A stretch of 64,000 nt of DNA from positions 3,410,001 through 3,474,000 of the forward strand of contig CM030337.1 in assembly GCA_017654855.1 (NCBI GenBank), written 5' to 3'. Below are positions 61,482 through 64,000 of the stretch, piece after piece. The stretch comes from Podospora anserina. Its lineage: Eukaryota. Under the pieces are notes generated by a model that was given only the letters and a program-made list of their open reading frames with translations, did no database searches and was not told the DNA's origin. The first letter of the stretch is position 1, and each line of letters starts with the position of its first letter. Made by a program: the position numbers and the translations under genes.

Positions 61482-62417
61482 ATGGCCACCAACCTCACCA
61501 ACGGCATCTCCTCCATCAGCGATGACTTCACCGTCAAAGCCGGCCTCGCCCAGATGCTCAAGGGCGGCGTCATCATGGACGTCACCAACGTCGAGCAAGC
61601 CCGCATCGCCGAGGAGGCCGGCGCCGTCGCCGTCATGGCCCTCGAGCGCATCCCCTCCGACATCCGCAAGGTCGGCGGTGTCGCCCGCATGTCCAACCCG
61701 GAGATGATCAAGGAGATCCAGGCCGCCGTCACCATCCCCGTCATGGCCAAGGCCCGCATCGGCCACATTGTTGAGTGCCAGATCCTTGAGGCCCTCGGAA
61801 TCGACTACGTCGACGAGAGCGAGGTCCTCACCCCTGCTGATGACCAGTACCACGTTCAAAAGACCGACTTCAAGGTCCCCTTTGTGTGCGGGTGCAGAAA
61901 CTTGGGCGAGGCGCTGAGGAGAATCAAGGAGGGCGCGGCGTTCATCCGCACCAAGGGCGAGGCTGGCACCGGTGATGTTGTCGAAGCTGTGAAGCACATC
62001 CGGACGGTGAACGCTGAGATCGCCAAGGCGAAGGCTGCTCTTGCTTCCGAGGGGGAGTTGGGTATCGCCAAGTTGGCGAGGGAGATTGGTGCTGATCCTA
62101 TTTTGCTGAAGCAGACTGCTGAGTTGGGCAGACTGCCGGTTGTGAACTTTGCCGCTGGTGGTGTGGCTACCCCGGCTGATGCTGCACTCATGATGCAGCT
62201 TGGCTGCGATGGTGTGTTTGTTGGCAGTGGTATCTTCAAGGATGCGCTGGATGCCGAGCATGCTACCAAGCGCGCAAGGGCTATCGTCAAGGCTGTTGCC
62301 AACTGGACGGACAAGAAGGCGCTCATCGAGGCCAGCATTGAGCACGGGACTGCCATGAAGGGTATTAGCAACGCTGGGCTCAAGGAGGATGAGAAGCTTG
62401 CTGGCAGAGGCTGGTAA
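61482..62417 (+). CDS. PDX1: Pyridoxal 5'-phosphate synthase subunit (SNZ/PDX1)
   Basis: [66 protein letters not shown]. Confidence 0.98.
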   Translation: MATNLTNGISSISDDFTVKAGLAQMLKGGVIMDVTNVEQARIAEEAGAVAVMALERIPSDIRKVGGVARMSNPEMIKEIQAAVTIPVMAKARIGHIVECQILEALGIDYVDESEVLTPADDQYHVQKTDFKVPFVCGCRNLGEALRRIKEGAAFIRTKGEAGTGDVVEAVKHIRTVNAEIAKAKAALASEGELGIAKLAREIGADPILLKQTAELGRLPVVNFAAGGVATPADAALMMQLGCDGVFVGSGIFKDALDAEHATKRARAIVKAVANWTDKKALIEASIEHGTAMKGISNAGLKEDEKLAGRGW

Positions 62418-64000
62418 AGCGGAGATGGTGGGAAATTTTCTTTTTGGATTTTTTGGGATGGGAAAAGCGAATGGAGGTTCGAGTCTCAACACTTAAAAGC
62501 GCGGGTCGTGGAATGGGTGGCATCCTATTTTTTGACATCAATTACATTGTGAAGACTCATAGTTTTCTCATCTAGGGGCAATGAAGCATGAATGAATCGA
62601 CATTATGACATTGAAACGTGACTATAGCTAGGTTTCTTTACACTCGTGGTCAACCATGACTCAGGGTGAGGGTGTCACGTTATCTGGGTCATGGTCACTA
62701 CGGCAACTGTCATGCCTTAGCTTGAGTAATATGGCTTATTGGCCGGATATAAAGACACAGGATCAGAAGACTGCACATCTGTCCGAAGAGCCATGCTCCC
62801 TTCATTATAGAACATGTTTCACGTACGTGTGACGCATGGCTAGATGCCGCATCAGGATTCTGTATAGAATACCCTTTAACTTCTTTAAATAAGCACTACG
62901 TATGTACGGTAGAGAAAAGCTTACACTGCGTGTATCAATCTTTTTGCTTTTGGATACCGTCATCAGAAGACCAACGCTTACACCATCATTAACCACTCAC
63001 CATTCAACATACCAAAGAACCAGCTGCTTGGGAAATATAGACCCTGCACAGGTAGGTATCGCTCGTCTAATCTCCCTCCCCATGGAGGAGAACGAGGAGA
63101 AACTAAGGAGATGGGCCGGCCTGGATATAGTACATTACATCAAGCCACCCCGATACCTGAAGTGAGAAAAAGGCTAATCCTATGTCACCAGATATTTCCT
63201 GCGCCGTGCTCGACCTTGCATGAGGGAGGATGGGTCGCCTCTCCGGGCCCAGGTAAGACAGTCATCTAACCGTTACAAACCTGATTCCTTCCTAATCAAC
63301 AACTTCTACAACAACCCAGGACCTTGCCTCCTCCCGACACAACCTCTCAGGACCTACCCCGGCGATACTAATTTTGAGATGGGGCCGAACCAACGAAGCA
63401 AAGGTTTTGATGATCGTCACCGACGCCTACAACAAAATCTGGAACAAAGTCGGGATCCGGCCGTCGGTGTGGGATGAGTTGCTGCCGGTGGATTGTCAGA
63501 CAGGTTGCTCTTAGGGCTTCCGTGGGCCGGGCCACAGGTTGTCAGATTAGATAGATTTTCTGCTCTCGGGAGTGATTTTTTCCAGTGCTTGACAATATCA
63601 TGACTTTTCATACTTCTGTTCGGACATTCCACGCAAAGCTTTGTACTCCCCTCGCTTAAGTCTGTTGCTCACGAGGTAATCAGGTGTCTTGATAGTCGTC
63701 TATGTTTGTGGGGCACCTGACAAAGGGCCCGGGTTTCACCAGACCCACACCGGTTTGCTCTTAAGGCTGGAGTTTCTATTTGTTTACTTTTAGACTTGAA
63801 CAACCAACAACCAACTTACTGTAATACCAACTGTCAACCTATTTTCTGGCCATTTTGGCCTCACTTTCGCAGCCAGTGGTTTTCCTAGACCACTAGCCCA
63901 ACAATGTTGCATGTGTTAAGACAGTTTTGTAGTAACCGGAGGTCAATAAACAACTCATCTCTGTATATACATGTGTCCTCTACCTAATAATACAATCATC

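Noticed and set aside
62800-63640. Possible small spliced gene
   Set aside because: Splice-like signals are present, but one implied intron is too short and there is no recognisable product.

Overview
Eukaryotic DNA from a filamentous ascomycete. Short introns with CTAAC/CTGAC branch sites, RIP-like AT-rich relics, a HET-domain gene and TGT...ACA solo LTRs are most consistent with a Sordariales fungus such as Podospora; this is an inference, not a database result. Left part (0.5-34 kb): a 7-TM protein, a coiled-coil protein, an intradiol dioxygenase-like gene, an HSPA12-like Hsp70, a mucin-like membrane protein, a GT1 glycosyltransferase, an intact/pseudogene pair from an F-box-like family, a GPI-like protein, an S41 peptidase, and a repeat-less NACHT-like NTPase directly upstream of a HET gene. 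Centre (about 35-55.6 kb): a repeat-rich accessory island. It holds two DNA-transposon-like 5' ends, seven related solo or partial LTRs (one nested, three with perfect 5-bp TSDs, mosaic halves), a RIPped TPR-NLR relic, a FAR1-type domesticated gene and a DEDDy exonuclease. It also holds a killer-toxin-type LysM/CBM18/GH18 chitinase head-to-head with an uncharacterised secreted protein, the best candidate for an undescribed system. Right part: a Nudix pseudogene and the divergent PDX2/PDX1 pair. Exon boundaries were read by eye and are approximate unless stated.
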